Below, piece after piece: positions 18,795 to 30,897 of a stretch of 64,000 nt of DNA; the stretch's first letter is position 1; every line of letters begins with the position of its first letter. The notes under the pieces were generated by a model that was given only the letters and a program-made list of their open reading frames with translations, did not search any database and was not told the DNA's origin. Source of the stretch: Gammaproteobacteria bacterium. Lineage in GTDB: Bacteria; Pseudomonadota; Gammaproteobacteria; Eutrophobiales; Eutrophobiaceae. Made by a program: the position numbers and the translations under genes. Where the stretch lies: the NCBI GenBank assembly GCA_965205405.1, contig OZ242169.1, positions 2,480,091-2,544,090 of the forward strand, written 5' to 3'.

Positions 18795-21074
18795 TCAGAA
18801 TCGATAGGAAAGCGTACCCCCAAATTGACGCGGAGGCCCACCAGGCAGCACCATATGTTCGGCAATAAATGTAAATCCGTCATTTATCCATTCTTCATCT
18901 GCAAGATTCTTAACCCATAGTCTTACATCCCAGTTATCGTCAGAACCAGTGTAACCAATGCTTGCATTGAGTATCCAAAAAGCATCTTGTGATTCGTAAT
19001 CCGTATTTGTATCAGTAAAAAATTGTTTATCTCTCCAGTGCGGATTGAGTGTAAATGCCAGTTGACCACCCTGTGCCATCGGTACTGTATAGGTTATAAA
19101 AGTATTTGATGTCAGTGCCGGCGTTTTCGCGGTCGTATTACCTGTGACATCACCACCCCCAAACCCAAGAGCTAAACTGGTACTTACAAATTCAGATTCT
19201 GTCCAGGCGAGTGCTGAATAGATATTCAACTGTTCCATTGGTTGCCAATCGACCTCAACTTCAGCGCCATATCCCTCGACATCGCCAAAGTTGGCCAATA
19301 ACGATATACTACCCAGAACGCCACGAGCACCAGGAATCTCAACGAATCCGATTTTGTCTGTATAATCGTAGTAGTATCCTGACGCATTCACGCGCAAGGT
19401 GTCATCCAGAAAATCACCTTTAAAACCAGCTTCGAAATTACTCAAGAATTCAGGGTCGGTAACTTCAAATTCGTCGTTAGCCAACGCACCGCCGTTGAAA
19501 TCTCCACCCCTGAAGCTTCGAGACCACGTAAACCACAGATTTACATCATCATTCAAAGCGTATTGAAGTGAAATTCTGGCACTGGGTTCAAACCACTCTT
19601 CTTTTTGATTATCTTCGTTTGCCAAAATCGTGTGTGGCAAACTAAACCACAGTTGTTTATCAATTAACGTATTATCGAACGTGGGGTTGGGGACGATGCT
19701 ACCGGCACGTATCGCACCTACTCGTTCATCCCACGTTAACCTCAGGCCCGCCGTCGCCGTAAAACGATCGTTAAAGTCATATGAAACTTCGCCGAAAATT
19801 GCAAAATTTTGTTGCTCTATAATATTCAGTCGTCCTGCACTCGTACCACCAAATGCGAGGATGTAGTTAGAACGAAAGTATGTGAGTTCATCGTCATAAT
19901 AAAAGCCGCCCAGGACCCAGTTCCATGGCCCATCACTGTTGGATGCAAATCTAATTTCCGTACTCCATTGTTCATGTTCGTCGTCAAAGTTCGCATTTAA
20001 TACTCCTTGTGGAGAGCCATCAGTTTCATTCAGTTCTTGGCGGACATTAGACTGGAAGGCGGTAATAATCGTAGTTGTAAAGCTATCAAATTCGTAATCC
20101 ACGAATAACGCGGTTTGAAACAATTCCATTTTCTGAAACCCATCGGCACCAGAATTAATTGTATAGGGATCAGCATCAGCCACACCACCTAACAGGTTCA
20201 CACAGCTCGTACCCGGGCGCCCCCTCAACGGATCAGAACATGAAAATCCGAAATCAAATGGGAATGCGCCAAGACCCAGCGCCTTTTGTGGAGTATCTTC
20301 TCCATCAAGTTCACTGTATGTAATTGCTAATCTGGTGTTTAAACGGTCGGTTGGCTGCCAGGATATCTGCCCCCTTAGGGCGCCCCACTCGTGGCCACCA
20401 AGATTACTATCAGCAGGCGATGCAGGATTACCATTATCATACAAGCCGTCGAAGCTGCGATAGGTAGCGCTTAGTCGTGCAGCAATGTTTTCACTGATCG
20501 AGAAACCCACTGCACCTTCAAAATCATACTCATCTCCTTCGGCCGCCGTAACATCTACGTAACCATTGGTTTCCCCGCCTATCTCGGGTTTAACCGACAC
20601 GTAGTTAATCAGACCGCCTGTAGTATTTCTTCCCCACAATGTTCCTTGTGGGCCTTTCAGCACTTCAACCCGGTCCAAGTCGAATACCAATCCAGCAGTA
20701 CCGTAATTAGAACCAAAAACGACACCATCTTGATAAATCGCCGTCGCGTTTCCGGCGCTGACCTGGAAATCATCAACACCTACACCACGCAAACTATATT
20801 CTGTCTTGCCGAAACCGGTACCTGCAGTGGTTAAACCAGGTATCGAATCCAAGAGTTCTCTGCCATTCGCAATCGCACGCTTTTTGATGGTATCACCAGT
20901 AATCGCTGTCACAGCAATAGGCACCTCTTGAAGACTTTGCTCTCGCTTTTGCGCTGTTACGATAACTTCTTCTAACACTCCCTGCGCAGAAGCCAGTCCC
21001 GTCCAAAGCATCAAGATACCAAGTACGCCGAATAAGCTAATAATTTCTTTGAATCTGATCAAAATGAACTGCAT
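18795..21074 (-). CDS. TonB-dependent receptor
   Basis: Start at the ATG at 21074 preceded by GGGGAG. Signal peptide, plug (EEVIVTAQKREQSLQEVPIAV), C-terminal ...TLSYRF barrel terminus. Confidence 0.85.
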   Translation of the reverse strand: MQFILIRFKEIISLFGVLGILMLWTGLASAQGVLEEVIVTAQKREQSLQEVPIAVTAITGDTIKKRAIANGRELLDSIPGLTTAGTGFGKTEYSLRGVGVDDFQVSAGNATAIYQDGVVFGSNYGTAGLVFDLDRVEVLKGPQGTLWGRNTTGGLINYVSVKPEIGGETNGYVDVTAAEGDEYDFEGAVGFSISENIAARLSATYRSFDGLYDNGNPASPADSNLGGHEWGALRGQISWQPTDRLNTRLAITYSELDGEDTPQKALGLGAFPFDFGFSCSDPLRGRPGTSCVNLLGGVADADPYTINSGADGFQKMELFQTALFVDYEFDSFTTTIITAFQSNVRQELNETDGSPQGVLNANFDDEHEQWSTEIRFASNSDGPWNWVLGGFYYDDELTYFRSNYILAFGGTSAGRLNIIEQQNFAIFGEVSYDFNDRFTATAGLRLTWDERVGAIRAGSIVPNPTFDNTLIDKQLWFSLPHTILANEDNQKEEWFEPSARISLQYALNDDVNLWFTWSRSFRGGDFNGGALANDEFEVTDPEFLSNFEAGFKGDFLDDTLRVNASGYYYDYTDKIGFVEIPGARGVLGSISLLANFGDVEGYGAEVEVDWQPMEQLNIYSALAWTESEFVSTSLALGFGGGDVTGNTTAKTPALTSNTFITYTVPMAQGGQLAFTLNPHWRDKQFFTDTNTDYESQDAFWILNASIGYTGSDDNWDVRLWVKNLADEEWINDGFTFIAEHMVLPGGPPRQFGGTLSYRF

Positions 21075-21316
21075 CTTTGTCTCCCCTCTTGGCTTGGCAA
21101 TAACTAGTTTTGAGATCGTTGCAACCTCACAACGTACAATTTTTCGAACCATAAAATATAATGCAGCTAAAGCCATCTAAGTAGTACCAAACAACCTTTA
21201 ACCTTAGTACCACGAATTATTTCCCACATTTTTAGTGGATGCCTCTCTGTTTCAGGTCAAAAACTAAGCTATAAGGCGTTGATATTAATAGTAATAATTT
21301 ATCAGTTCATCCTAAT

Positions 21317-22399
21317 TTATGCGACCTGCTTGTTCGCTGGATCTTTTATATCTTTCCTTATGCATTTAAGTAACTCTTCAGGACTTTTTTCTGCCGCCGC
21401 TGCCAGCTGCCTTAACCATTTACGATAGTGGATCGATATTTTATCCGACGGCACGGAGATCTCTTGAGATGGGCCTGGGATTTCCTGGGGATACTGGCTT
21501 TCGATAACAGGTTTGTCCTCGGCCAGAACTATCTCCTGGAATGCCAAATGCGGTGGATCCGGTTTGTCCATATCATGGTCTCGACAGGTAAATGAAAAAA
21601 TACGGCATGTTTTGGCATCGATTGGTGCTGCACACATCCACAGGATCGCATTGTTCCCCTTTCCCGCTTTGGTATTCAGTAAAAATTCAACGTTGACCGT
21701 AAACGGCATGGTGATGTGATAAACAGTCTTTCCCATTAAGGCAACATCCGGTACAGGCATTTCTTCCGGTGCCTCAAAGTGAAAAACCAGTTGTCCGTTT
21801 ACCCTGTCAATATAGGGCGGTGTTACATCCGTTATGTTGGGGTCAAACAAGGTATTAGGATGAATATAGGGAAAATGCGCCAGGTCAACATAATTTTCCA
21901 GTCGTCTAGCTGCCGATGTCTGCCAGTTGTAAGGAACTATTGGGACTGCTTTGAATTTCTCGTCGGTATATCCGGGACACAGAGGGATCTGGGTCTCTGT
22001 ACTTGAATCTAATCGTACCCATATCAAATCATATTTTACTTGTGTTTCATACTGAGGGATTTTAGCCACGGTTGGGATTTCCATGCCTGGGCATGCCGGT
22101 ATATCCACACATCGACCTTGACCATTGTAGGCCCAACCATGATACCGGCATCGCATTTTCCCATTATCGACAAATCCCAGTGCGAGCGAGGCCGAACGAT
22201 GACAACACCTTTCACTCAGCGCAACAATGCCCTCATCCAGTTCGACTATCACCAGGGATTCACCAAGAAGCTTCACTTTAATCGGACCTTTACCACTCGC
22301 ATCTTCGGAGTAAAATTCTTCCAGGGTACAAACTGGAAACCAAAAGTGTCGCCAGGTTGCCTCGCTGATGAAATCTGGATTTATGGTTTGATTACTCAA
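21317..22399 (-). CDS. Rieske [2Fe-2S] non-heme-iron oxygenase alpha subunit (paralog 2, more divergent)
   Basis: 360 aa. Rieske motif CCHRSASLA...CRYHGW. Confidence 0.75.
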   Translation of the reverse strand: MSNQTINPDFISEATWRHFWFPVCTLEEFYSEDASGKGPIKVKLLGESLVIVELDEGIVALSERCCHRSASLALGFVDNGKMRCRYHGWAYNGQGRCVDIPACPGMEIPTVAKIPQYETQVKYDLIWVRLDSSTETQIPLCPGYTDEKFKAVPIVPYNWQTSAARRLENYVDLAHFPYIHPNTLFDPNITDVTPPYIDRVNGQLVFHFEAPEEMPVPDVALMGKTVYHITMPFTVNVEFLLNTKAGKGNNAILWMCAAPIDAKTCRIFSFTCRDHDMDKPDPPHLAFQEIVLAEDKPVIESQYPQEIPGPSQEISVPSDKISIHYRKWLRQLAAAAEKSPEELLKCIRKDIKDPANKQVA

Positions 22400-22660
22400 A
22401 ATAGTTTCTCCTTAAAGATGTTCGAATTTGTCACTCACTAGATGTAGATCCAATTCATGAGAACCGTTATACCCAATATTCATAAGAAAATATTCATTAT
22501 TTCAGTTGCTTACGAGGGAGACGTAAATGATGATATTCCGCTCCTTCAAAGACAGTTGTACAGTGCATCAATGTGGCGCCTGCATTCGGACTAAAATTAA
22601 TATAGTATTTTTCTTAAACTTGATTAATAAATCCTTTTCTATTACCAAATTGGAACAATT

Positions 22661-23716
22661 ATGTTTTTACCCAGTGATCACTCCAAAAACATATCAACGC
22701 TACCTCGTAATTGTAGCTTGAATGAAAACGATTGGAATATCCTTGCCGGCCTCTGGCATCCGGTAGTCTTCTCTAAAGACATCGGTCATAAACCTGTCGC
22801 GGCCAAACTGCTCGATGTTCCTCTGGTAGTCTACCGCACCACCGCAGGCATCACAGTTGCCAAGGATCTTTGCGTCCACCGTGGTACCCCCATCAGCTTG
22901 GGCTGGATGAAGGATGATATGATCGTCTGCCCCATGCATGCCCTGCACTATGATGGCGAGGGAAGATGCCGACGTATCCCTTCGGTTGAAGATAAAAACC
23001 GCCCTATCTCAGATCGCTTGCAGCTCATTACCTTCCGAACAATAGAACGTTACGGAATTGTCTGGGTTTGTCTGAGTAATGACGAACCTGCAATTCCCCT
23101 TCCCGAATGGCCTGAGCTGGAAGACGAGCGATTCATGACTGATGTTAACATCAAGAAGATGAGCATCGACGAAATATGGAACTGTTCAGCTTCCCGGCAC
23201 ACTGAAAACTTTAATGACGCAGCCCATTTATCCTGGGTCCATGCTGATTCGTTTGGCAACCGGGATAAGCCGGAAGTGCACGACATCGAAGTCGATATGA
23301 CTGTGCCACATGTATTAAAGCGTGACCGCCGCCTGATGGAAGAGTCCCTGGGACAGGGGCGCTTATCACACTTTATCGCGGAATTGACCCTGCCATTCTC
23401 TTCCGCCCTCGTGGAGAAAGATGGCGATCAAAATCTAGCCTATGGCATATATGATGCCGCCTGTCCAATGTCTGCAAACGAAACCCGCGTATTTCAAATC
23501 ATCTGGTCGGGATTCCCCGATAGCTACCCGCACTCCCATGTACAATTATGGGAGCAAGTGAACCGGGAGGATATCGTTCTGGTATCACGCCAATGTCCGG
23601 AAGAGGTGCCACTCGACGTGCGGGAAGAGATTCACATTCCTGCTGACACTGTTTCATTAGCTTATAGAAAAGCCATGAAAGATCTGGGCCTGGGGGCTCC
23701 ACAGTTTACGCAATAG
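22661..23716 (+). CDS. Rieske [2Fe-2S] non-heme-iron oxygenase alpha subunit (paralog 3, clearly related to the 16276-17307 protein)
   Basis: 351 aa. Rieske motif CVHRGTPIS...CPMHA. Colinear similarity to paralog 1 (LPLPEWP, ENFND.AHLS.VH). Confidence 0.75.
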   Translation: MFLPSDHSKNISTLPRNCSLNENDWNILAGLWHPVVFSKDIGHKPVAAKLLDVPLVVYRTTAGITVAKDLCVHRGTPISLGWMKDDMIVCPMHALHYDGEGRCRRIPSVEDKNRPISDRLQLITFRTIERYGIVWVCLSNDEPAIPLPEWPELEDERFMTDVNIKKMSIDEIWNCSASRHTENFNDAAHLSWVHADSFGNRDKPEVHDIEVDMTVPHVLKRDRRLMEESLGQGRLSHFIAELTLPFSSALVEKDGDQNLAYGIYDAACPMSANETRVFQIIWSGFPDSYPHSHVQLWEQVNREDIVLVSRQCPEEVPLDVREEIHIPADTVSLAYRKAMKDLGLGAPQFTQ

Positions 23717-23748
23717 CAGTAGACTTGTTCGTTATTGAGTGGTTTAAC

Positions 23749-24915
23749 TTACCACGATTCTGTTGCCTTAGATCCTTCAATGGCGGCCAGCTGTTTTACT
23801 ACAATAATTATGATGAACGCAGTAAGCAGTTCGCCGGCAAAGGTAAAACCACCCAGGGCCATGGTATTCCAGTTATCCATAATCAAACCACCTAGCGCCG
23901 GCGCAACAGCAATGGCGCCCAGAAAAGATGTGGAGGCGATGGATGCCCAACGACCTTCCTGATCCAGGCGCGCCGCGGTACCGAGCAGATACGCTACGGT
24001 AAAGAAATAACTGATGTTGTTTAACAAAACGGAGATGGTATAGACAAAGGGATCAGGCACCGTACAAATCAAAAACCAAGTGCCGCCATTGACCAATACG
24101 CCGATCACCACGGGAACAATTCTGCCAAAACGCAGATTCAGCCAGGCAGCCAGCAATCCACCCAACATGCCGAAGATGAAACCTGCTCCCAATATCCCAC
24201 TGACTTGCTCAACTGCTAAACCGGCGGTTTCACCCATAATAGCCAAGTAAGCCCAGGGCGCGCTGACAACCATTATCCAATTTAAAATGGCAAATATGGT
24301 CAAGCAACCTAAAATAAAATGAGGTAATCGTATCTTCTTATTATCCGCTTGCTTTTCTTTCACCGTGTTGGGGAAACAACATAGTAGCGGCAAAGTACAT
24401 AAGGTTAATAAGGCCAGCACGCCGTAACCGCCGCCAACACCGTAACCTTTTACGGCATAGCCTGCCAGCCAAACCATGATTGCCATGATCATGGCATTGA
24501 ATGTTTTTACCAGGGCAAACATGCGATCGGGAGCCGCAGCGCCGGCGATCACCGCGCCCCCTGCGGCTAGCGCGGCGCCTGCAAACAAGCCGGCAAAAAA
24601 GCGAACAAATAACAACACCGCGTACGACGGACCCTGGGAACTGATGATATGTGCCATCACCGCCAGCAGACAGCCTACAACAGCAATCCTGCGTTTGGGG
24701 AGTTTGTCTATGAAAGGAGCGACGATCAGCGCAGTCAACGCGATACCGGCAAATTCCACCGAGACCAGATAACCGGCTTTGCTTGCCACCAGGGCCATAT
24801 GGTTTTTTAAGGCCTGTACAATAATTGGGGCCAGAGCCTGTGACAAATTGCCCACAAGAAAAGCACCCCATCCACTGAGAAAGATTAACCTGTTTCGGCG
24901 ATCAAGATTAAACAA
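23749..24915 (-). CDS. MFS transporter
   Basis: 388 aa, about 12 TM segments, Gly/Ala-rich helices. Confidence 0.7.
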   Translation of the reverse strand: MFNLDRRNRLIFLSGWGAFLVGNLSQALAPIIVQALKNHMALVASKAGYLVSVEFAGIALTALIVAPFIDKLPKRRIAVVGCLLAVMAHIISSQGPSYAVLLFVRFFAGLFAGAALAAGGAVIAGAAAPDRMFALVKTFNAMIMAIMVWLAGYAVKGYGVGGGYGVLALLTLCTLPLLCCFPNTVKEKQADNKKIRLPHFILGCLTIFAILNWIMVVSAPWAYLAIMGETAGLAVEQVSGILGAGFIFGMLGGLLAAWLNLRFGRIVPVVIGVLVNGGTWFLICTVPDPFVYTISVLLNNISYFFTVAYLLGTAARLDQEGRWASIASTSFLGAIAVAPALGGLIMDNWNTMALGGFTFAGELLTAFIIIIVVKQLAAIEGSKATESW

Positions 24916-24939
24916 TAGTGATGAATCCTTTTAAATCAT

Positions 24940-26283
24940 TTATTCTTTATCCGTATCGACCCTGTTGACAGTCGAGCGGACGCTTCCCTTGGAGAATCTT
25001 GTGCTGATCACGGCGTTTTCATGTAGTTGATCCGCTCTGCGCACGATGTTTTCGTCTTTATCCGTGACGATTGCGTAGCCCCTGCCCAGAGTTGCCAGAG
25101 GACTGACCGTCTTCAGGGAATGAGAAAGAAAATCCAGTTGTTTTTTCCATGCCTGCAGGTTACGGACTAGGTGATTTTGCAGTTGTTTGTCCAGGACATC
25201 GCATTTAGTACGATATCCTGCCAACTGTTGCAGCGGGTTTCTGCTCCTGAGGGTGTCTGCGAACCGGTTCAGACGAGCCTTGCGCAACACGATCCCGTTG
25301 TCCAGTGCGAGTCTCAGCCGGATAGCCAGGTCATCCATGCGTTGCGTCATGTTCTGCAGCAGGTAGGTGGGGCGGGGCAGTCTTTTTGCCAACTGCGTGA
25401 TATTGCGCAAATGGGTGTTCACCAGGTCGTTGATGCGCAGGTGGAATTGCGAGTGCAGGGTATCCAGCCTTGACTGCAGGGCGGCAGCATCGGGGCTGAC
25501 CAGTTCAGCCGCCGCCGACGGGGTAGGGGCCCGCTGGTCGGCAACGAAATCGGCAATGGTGAAATCTATCTCGTGGCCGACGCCGCTGACTACGGGAATA
25601 GTCGAACGGTAGATCGCCCTGGCAACGATTTCCTCGTTGAATGACCACAGGTCTTCCAGGGAGCCGCCGCCCCTGGAGAGGATCAGCACGTCACATTCCT
25701 GCCGGCGATTTGCCTCATCAATGGTTTCTGCAATCTGTTGCGCTGCGCCTTCACCCTGTACGGGTACGGGGTAAACGATGACACCGGCAGTGGCGTAGCG
25801 TCTCCCCAGCACCTGGATTATGTCTTTTACGGCTGCACCGGTCGGCGACGTTACGACCCCGATTGTCCCCGGATAGGCCGGGAGAGGCTGTTTGTGATCT
25901 TCAGCAAACAGGCCTTCTTCAAGTAGCTTCTGTTTGAGCTTCTCGAATGCCTGTTGCAGGGCGCCGGCGCCGGCCGGCTCCATGTGCTCCACGATCAGTT
26001 GGAACTCACCCCGGCCCTCGTACAGGCTGACGCCGGCCCTGGCAAATACTTCCTGTCCGTTCTCTACCGGGAATCTCAAGTGGCGGTTGGCGCTCCTGAA
26101 CATCGCACAACGTACCTGTGAATATTTATCCTTCAGGGAGAAGTAGATATGCCCCGAACCAGGCTGCGCCAGGTTGGAAATCTCGCCGCGCACCCACAAG
26201 GACGGGGGGAAACTGTCCTCCAATACAGCCCTGACCTCACGGTTAAGCCGTGTGATCGTGTAAATATCACGCTGTTCATTCAT
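24940..26283 (-). CDS. xseA: Exodeoxyribonuclease VII large subunit
   Basis: Start at the Met at 26283 (MNEQRDIYTITRLNREVRAVLE), giving about 447 aa. XseA OB-fold N-terminus. Conserved divergent position relative to guaBA. The longer ORF in the track starts inside the repeat element and is spurious. Confidence 0.9.
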   Translation of the reverse strand: MNEQRDIYTITRLNREVRAVLEDSFPPSLWVRGEISNLAQPGSGHIYFSLKDKYSQVRCAMFRSANRHLRFPVENGQEVFARAGVSLYEGRGEFQLIVEHMEPAGAGALQQAFEKLKQKLLEEGLFAEDHKQPLPAYPGTIGVVTSPTGAAVKDIIQVLGRRYATAGVIVYPVPVQGEGAAQQIAETIDEANRRQECDVLILSRGGGSLEDLWSFNEEIVARAIYRSTIPVVSGVGHEIDFTIADFVADQRAPTPSAAAELVSPDAAALQSRLDTLHSQFHLRINDLVNTHLRNITQLAKRLPRPTYLLQNMTQRMDDLAIRLRLALDNGIVLRKARLNRFADTLRSRNPLQQLAGYRTKCDVLDKQLQNHLVRNLQAWKKQLDFLSHSLKTVSPLATLGRGYAIVTDKDENIVRRADQLHENAVISTRFSKGSVRSTVNRVDTDKE

Positions 26284-26299
26284 TAGATTGTTAGTTTTT

Positions 26300-26382
26300 A
26301 TACTTGGGGTCAGAGTAAAAATACAGTCACTCGTGAACGACCCCGGCATGCTGTTGAGTATTTTTACTCTGACCCCAAATAT
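26300..26382. repeat. Family-A hairpin repeat copy 2 (one arm mismatch), in the xseA/guaB divergent promoter region
   Basis: Arms ATACTTGGGGTCAGAGTAAAAATAC / GTATTTTTACTCTGACCCCAAATAT around a 33-bp unique spacer. Confidence 0.8.
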
Positions 26383-26396
26383 CTATAGCGCCGCCC

Positions 26397-26421
26397 GGGG
26401 ACAGATTTTAAATCTGTCCCC
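26397..26421. repeat. Family-B 25-bp palindrome GGGGACAGATTT-T-AAATCTGTCCCC, 14 bp downstream of family-A copy 2
   Basis: Perfect 12-bp arms. The same palindrome (centre G) occurs at 62116-62140. A half-site AAATCTGTCCCC lies at 50906-50917 next to family-A copy 3. Confidence 0.6.
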
Positions 26422-26477
26422 TGAGGAATCCAGTCGATATTTATTGTTTACCACTTCGCTAAGGATCATTATAATAA

Positions 26478-27941
<1,464 letters not shown>

Positions 27942-27961
27942 GGAACACACCCTGCCCGTCA

Positions 27962-29535
27962 ATGTCGGACATACACAATGACAAGATCCTGATTCTGGAT
28001 TTCGGTTCGCAATATACCCAGCTCATCGCCCGGCGGGTACGCGAAGTAGGAGTCTACAACGAGATTCATCCCTATGACATGGATGAACAGGCTATCAGGC
28101 GCTTCAAGCCGAGTGCCGTCATATTATCCGGCGGTCCGGAATCGGTGGTTGACGATCACAGCCGGCGTGCGCCGGACCTCATATTCCGGCTGGGCGTTCC
28201 GCTGCTGGGTATCTGTTACGGTATGCAGACCATGGCGCAGCAACTGGGAGGGCAGGTCGCCGCTTCCCGTCAGCGCGAGTTCGGGTACGCCAGGGTCAGG
28301 GCCAGAGGGCATTCGCATTTGTTACGGGATATCCAGGATGATACCAACGCGGCAGGCCACGGATTACTGGATGTCTGGATGAGTCACGGTGACCGGGTCG
28401 ATGAATTACCCGAAGGATTTAAGGTCATCGCTTCATCAGATAACTCTCCTATTGCCGGTATGGCTGATGAGGCACGGCATTACTATGGCTTGCAGTTTCA
28501 CCCGGAAGTGACCCACACCCGTCAGGGCATGGCCATCCTGCGGCGTTTCGTCTGCGAGGTCGCAGGCTGTGATACGCTGTGGACAGCCGACAACATCATC
28601 ACGGACGCCATCGCTGACATACGCGCCAGGGTGGGCGCAGACGAGGTGTTGCTGGCCTTGTCCGGCGGCGTCGATTCCGCGGTAGCCGCAGCGTTGTTGC
28701 AGCGGGCCATTGGAGATCAATTGACCTGTATCTTCGTCGATACCGGCCTGTTGCGTCTCAATGAAGGCGATCAGGTTATGGAGACCTTTTCCAGGCACAT
28801 GGGTATCCGCGTTATCCGAGTCAACGCGGAACAACGCTATATGGAGAAACTAAAGGGAGTGGCCGACCCGGAAGATAAGCGCAAGATCATCGGCCGTGAG
28901 TTTATTGCCATCTTTGAAGAGGAAGCAAAAAACTCAAAAATGAAAAATGGTTGGCCCAGGGCACCATCTACCCGGACGTAATCGAGTCCGCCGGCGCCGG
29001 CACCGGCAAGGCCCATGTGATCAAGTCACACCATAACGTGGGGGGACTGCCGGAACTCATGAACCTGGAACTGCTCGAACCCCTGCGCGAGCTTTTCAAG
29101 GACGAAGTACGCAAACTGGGCGGACAACTGGGACTGCCGCCGGAAATAATCCAACGCCACCCGTTTCCGGGCCCGGGTCTGGGGGTGCGGATCCTCGGAG
29201 AGGTGAAAAAGGAATACGCGGATATCCTGCGCCAGGCCGATGATATTTTCATGCGCGCACTCATCCGGCATGACCTGTACCATAAAACCAGCCAGGCATT
29301 CACCGTGTTCCTGCCAGTCAAGTCCGTAGGCGTCAAGGGCGATGCCCGGCGCTATGACTACGTGGTAGCCCTGCGCGCCGTGGAAACCGTCGATTTCATG
29401 ACCGCCCGCTGGGCCCGCCTGCCCGGCGAATTCCTGCAGGAAGTCTCTGAGCGGATCATGAACGAGGTGGAGGGCGTATCCAGGGTGGTTTACGACATCT
29501 CCAGCAAGCCGCCGGCGACGATAGAGTGGGAGTAG
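27962..29535 (+). CDS. guaA: GMP synthase (glutamine-hydrolysing), interrupted by a -1 frameshift in an A6 tract (28927-28932)
   Basis: ORF 27962-28981 carries the GATase domain (GICYGMQ) and the ATP-PPase motif SGGVDS. ORF 28951-29535 carries the C-terminal dimerisation domain ([15 protein letters not shown] ... [10 protein letters not shown]). Adding one A restores [20 protein letters not shown]. Confidence 0.85.
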
Positions 29536-29715
29536 TGGAGATCACAACAATGACGCATCTGCAAATGTATTGAGAAAACTCGGATTCAAAATGACGGGTG
29601 AGGGCGGAATTTATTGTCTTTCCCGTAAACTAACGCTTCCTTGTATAACCATGGTATTAACGTAACCGTATTAACCTGGTTTAATCCTTGCGTAGTTTTT
29701 CATCGGTGCGCGGTC

Positions 29716-30897
29716 TCAAGCCAGGAACCACGGCAGCACGTCGAAACCCTTTAAGGAAAAACGTTCGTTACCGCCATGGACGAGCAATCCGCCACTGTTG
29801 GGATTAGTCGGAATGGAAGTCCACCACTGCAAGCCGAGAACCGCATCCGCCGGCACTGTCTCTCCGGACTTTACCTCCACCGGGAGGATGCGTTCGCCCA
29901 GGTCAATCAGGGTATCTATCTCGTGGCCGGTTGCATCTCGCCAGTAAAAGAGGGGGGGCTCACGGCGGCGGTTGGTAAAACTTTTTATGATCTCTGCTAT
30001 CACGTATGACTCAAAGATTGCGCCTCGGAGTGGGTGTCTGGCTAATATTTCGGCATCCGTTATGTCCAGCAGATAACAGGTCAAGCCACTGTCGAGAAGG
30101 TGCAGGCGCGGGCGTTTACGTAACCGTTTCCTGTAGTTTACATAGTGCGGGGGCAGCGTTATCGCAAGATAACCGACTTCCAGGGCATTCAACCAACGCC
30201 GGGCAGTTTGCTGTGTGATTCCCACGTCGCTTGCCATCCGGGTGAGGTTGAGTTCCTGGGCGGTATTTGCGGCGGCGAGCCTCACAAAGTTCTCAAAAGC
30301 GCGCGTGTCTGAAACTTCCAACACGGCGAGCAAATCGCGTTCGACATAGGTGCGAAAGTAATCAGCCAACCATTCACGAGCTGGAATCCCGGTGTCGTGG
30401 ATACGCGGATAAAAGCCATTGAACAGGGTTTGCCAGCGTTCCAGATCCGGCGCTGATTGTGAGACGGGCAATTGTGCAGGGTCAAAAAGTTCACGACCGG
30501 TTAATTCGGCTATTGAGAGTGGATAAAGGCGCAACAGGGCGGTGCGTCCTGCCAGGGTTTGTGACACTGATTCCATCAGCAGCAGGTTTTGCGAACCTGT
30601 GAGGATGAACCTGCCAGGGGCCGGATTATCATCAACCAACCCCTGTATGTATGAAAGCAGCTCGGGCGCGCGCTGAACTTCGTCCAGGATGATTTTGGAA
30701 CCGCCGGAGAGAAAACCGCGAGGGTCCTCAATGGCCCTTGAACGAACATCCGGCGCCTCGAGCGAAAAATATCGGTGCTTGGGGAACATGGCCCGTACCA
30801 GGGTTGTTTTACCGGATTGCCGGGGTCCCGTTAGCGTCACTACGGGATTTTGTTCAGCTGCGGCTCGCAGGGCTTTTGAGATATGGCGGGGAAACAT
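29716..30897 (-). CDS. AAA+ ATPase of the COG1373 type (AAA_14 N-terminal domain plus DUF4143-like C-terminal domain)
   Basis: Start at the Met at 30897 (MFPRHISKALRAAAEQNPVVTLTGPRQSGKTTL). P-loop present. C-terminal region of the DUF4143 type. Confidence 0.65.
   Translation of the reverse strand: MFPRHISKALRAAAEQNPVVTLTGPRQSGKTTLVRAMFPKHRYFSLEAPDVRSRAIEDPRGFLSGGSKIILDEVQRAPELLSYIQGLVDDNPAPGRFILTGSQNLLLMESVSQTLAGRTALLRLYPLSIAELTGRELFDPAQLPVSQSAPDLERWQTLFNGFYPRIHDTGIPAREWLADYFRTYVERDLLAVLEVSDTRAFENFVRLAAANTAQELNLTRMASDVGITQQTARRWLNALEVGYLAITLPPHYVNYRKRLRKRPRLHLLDSGLTCYLLDITDAEILARHPLRGAIFESYVIAEIIKSFTNRRREPPLFYWRDATGHEIDTLIDLGERILPVEVKSGETVPADAVLGLQWWTSIPTNPNSGGLLVHGGNERFSLKGFDVLPWFLA

Noticed and set aside
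24940-26349. Longer 469-aa version of xseA starting at 26349 (MPGSFTSDCIFTLTPSIK...)
   Set aside because: The extra 22 codons are read through family-A repeat copy 2 (the IFTLTP peptide is repeat-derived). The conserved XseA N-terminus begins at the Met at 26283.
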